This document shows, piece by piece, positions 49,310 through 50,475 of a stretch of DNA of 50,475 nucleotides (the first letter of the stretch is position 1; each line of letters opens with the position of its first letter). This stretch comes from Escherichia phage vB-Eco-KMB25. Where the stretch lies: sequence record OR424386.1. One strand, 5' to 3'. A model generated the notes under the pieces. The model was not told the DNA's origin. It ran no database searches and saw nothing but the letters and a program-made list of their open reading frames with translations. The position numbers and the translations under genes are program-made.

Positions 49310-50017
49310 AAACGCCGTGAACATAAGAGGCTCAATAGAGCAAAGCGCGGCGCGTTAGCCGTAAAACCTAATCGGATGGGATTGCATAGCAAACGACCAT
49401 CGCGGGAACCGTAACCCGCAACCATTCAGGAGAATTCACGATGCAAAACAAAGAAATCGCAAAGGTAACTATCATCGTCGAGCGTGACGGAAAGAAAACG
49501 CGATACAAGAAGCGATTTAAACAAGGTGAGGCGATGTTAGGCCGGATCGGTGATTTCATGGTGAAATTGCAAGAGGATAAACCGGATGAAATTCAAGGTT
49601 AAGCTAACTATCCGGCGCATGGGTCGCAATTGCGGATCATGTAAACAAGATTTCGAATGCGAGGTTGAAGCGCTAAACACTGTTGATGCGGTTAAATGCG
49701 CTAAAGTTCTTTCAGGTGCTAACCCTGAAACACACCAATTTTCAATCAATTATGTGAGGGCTATATAATGCTGATGTTCATTGCTGGTTTTGGTTTTTGT
49801 GCGATTATCTGTTTCTTTCTCTATCTTTGTTTTTCGTGGGGTGTACAGCGTTGCGTAAAAGACAACGAATTAGTGATCGCCATTTACGAAAACAAAGCTG
49901 ATAAATGGAAGATTACTAAAAACTTTGAAAAGATTGCTGATGAAATTGCATTCCGTCGCAAGTTTGGCAAGCCTGGAAGCATCAAGTATATTGATTGATT
50001 TATATTCAAGAACGGAA

Positions 50018-50475
50018 GTGGTAGCAACAAAAACAACTGGCGAAAACGTAAGCGCAATATCAAGAGTTTATTGCCCTAGATCATATTCTGCCATTGGATT
50101 TATAAAATGCTCATGGGGTGCGGCTTTAGGTTGTTATAGGGACGGTGATTATATAGTTTTTAGCGGATCTGCACAGGGTAGGAATGTGCCGTTGTTTACA
50201 ATAACATGTTATTTATTTGCTAAATTTCCACAACCATTACCGCAATGGGGCATGGCTATATGGGATGCAAACGGTACATGCATTCTAACAAATGAAAGCA
50301 AGCCATTATCGGATCTTATTACTATTGGAGAACCTGGTTCTGGCGGTGGAATATATATAGATCAGACATTATCTGGTTCTTATGCTGTTATGCCTAGATT
50401 GATGGGCTCTACTTTAGTTCAGGTTTACATTCCTGGTCAACAGCCTGTTATTGTTAACGTTTCTGCATATACTGC
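50018..50475 (+). CDS. tail fibre-like / receptor-recognition candidate, truncated by the window end
   Basis: Frame open from 49940 to the window edge; start uncertain (GTG 50018 or ATG 50252); WDANG motif as in 19721-20029 and 3' end identical to 20099-20152. Confidence 0.35.
   Translation, partial: MVATKTTGENVSAISRVYCPRSYSAIGFIKCSWGAALGCYRDGDYIVFSGSAQGRNVPLFTITCYLFAKFPQPLPQWGMAIWDANGTCILTNESKPLSDLITIGEPGSGGGIYIDQTLSGSYAVMPRLMGSTLVQVYIPGQQPVIVNVSAYT

Noticed and set aside
49300-49440. tRNA gene in the structured leader
   Set aside because: No T-loop (GTTCRANYC-like) motif, no 7-bp acceptor stem pairing and no CCA-compatible 3' end
20097-50475. Diversity-generating retroelement (template/variable repeat pair) as the explanation for the duplicated tail-gene segment
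   Set aside because: No reverse transcriptase gene in the window, and the visible differences are a 1-nt indel and mixed substitutions, not adenine-specific changes; only 54 bp of the repeat is visible
1-50475. Window is a circular genome read past its origin
   Set aside because: The last 54 bp match 20099-20152, not positions 1-54, so the end is a second locus and not a wrap-around; the window is therefore not a complete genome
1-50475. CRISPR array
   Set aside because: The repeated boxes are irregularly spaced (0.3-2 kb apart), lie between genes in both orientations and are coupled to -10 hexamers; no regular repeat-spacer pattern exists
1-50475. Integrase, excisionase or CI-type repressor indicating a prophage
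   Set aside because: No tyrosine or serine recombinase-like ORF and no divergent repressor/cro pair recognised; gene content fits a virulent T1-like phage

Overview
The whole window reads as phage DNA: a T1-like (Drexlerviridae-type) siphovirus genome segment that starts at the small terminase gene. No homology search was possible, so every product call rests on motifs read from the ORF translations, gene size and synteny. Layout: (1) 1-20280, plus-strand packaging/head/tail operon (terminase S and L, portal, head proteins, major capsid, major tail, G/GT chaperone pair with a -1 frameshift site, tape measure, lambda-like M-L-K-I-J tail-tip genes, two small tail-associated ORFs). (2) 20307-20537, minus-strand Cor-like lipoprotein, then an AT-rich non-coding region with a near-consensus sigma70 promoter. 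(3) 21063-34255, recombination/replication/lysis module (PD-(D/E)xK exonuclease, Erf-like annealing protein, SSB ending in DFDDDIPF, minus-strand tail fibre with C-terminal chaperone domain, primase-like protein, SF2 helicase, VRR-NUC, lipoprotein, Dam-type N6A methyltransferase, HTH-metallophosphoesterase, holin, lysozyme, lipoprotein spanin). (4) 34269-40819, minus-strand cluster of small genes including a Walker-A ATPase and a putative SAM-dependent methyltransferase. (5) 40860-41544, second AT-rich region with a strong early promoter. (6) 41545-50475, about 30 small plus-strand early ORFs including a HAD phosphatase and a P-loop kinase, ending in a gene truncated by the window edge. No integrase, repressor, CRISPR array, tRNA or rRNA was recognised. 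The most striking signal is about 20 intergenic copies of a 19-bp dyad box (TAGCAC-N5-TG-YTAAAAC), each sitting 18 bp (17 bp in two copies) upstream of a -10-like hexamer with no canonical -35, which looks like an activator-dependent promoter regulon. Other points of interest are a frameshifted paralogue downstream of the J-like gene that shares at least 54 identical bp with the gene at the window end, a split kinase/phosphatase pair, two methyltransferases, a very acidic small early protein, and two AT-rich regions sharing an ~85-bp element. The ORF track starts are often too long (it also uses GTG/TTG), so several starts were re-set to the ATG behind a Shine-Dalgarno sequence.
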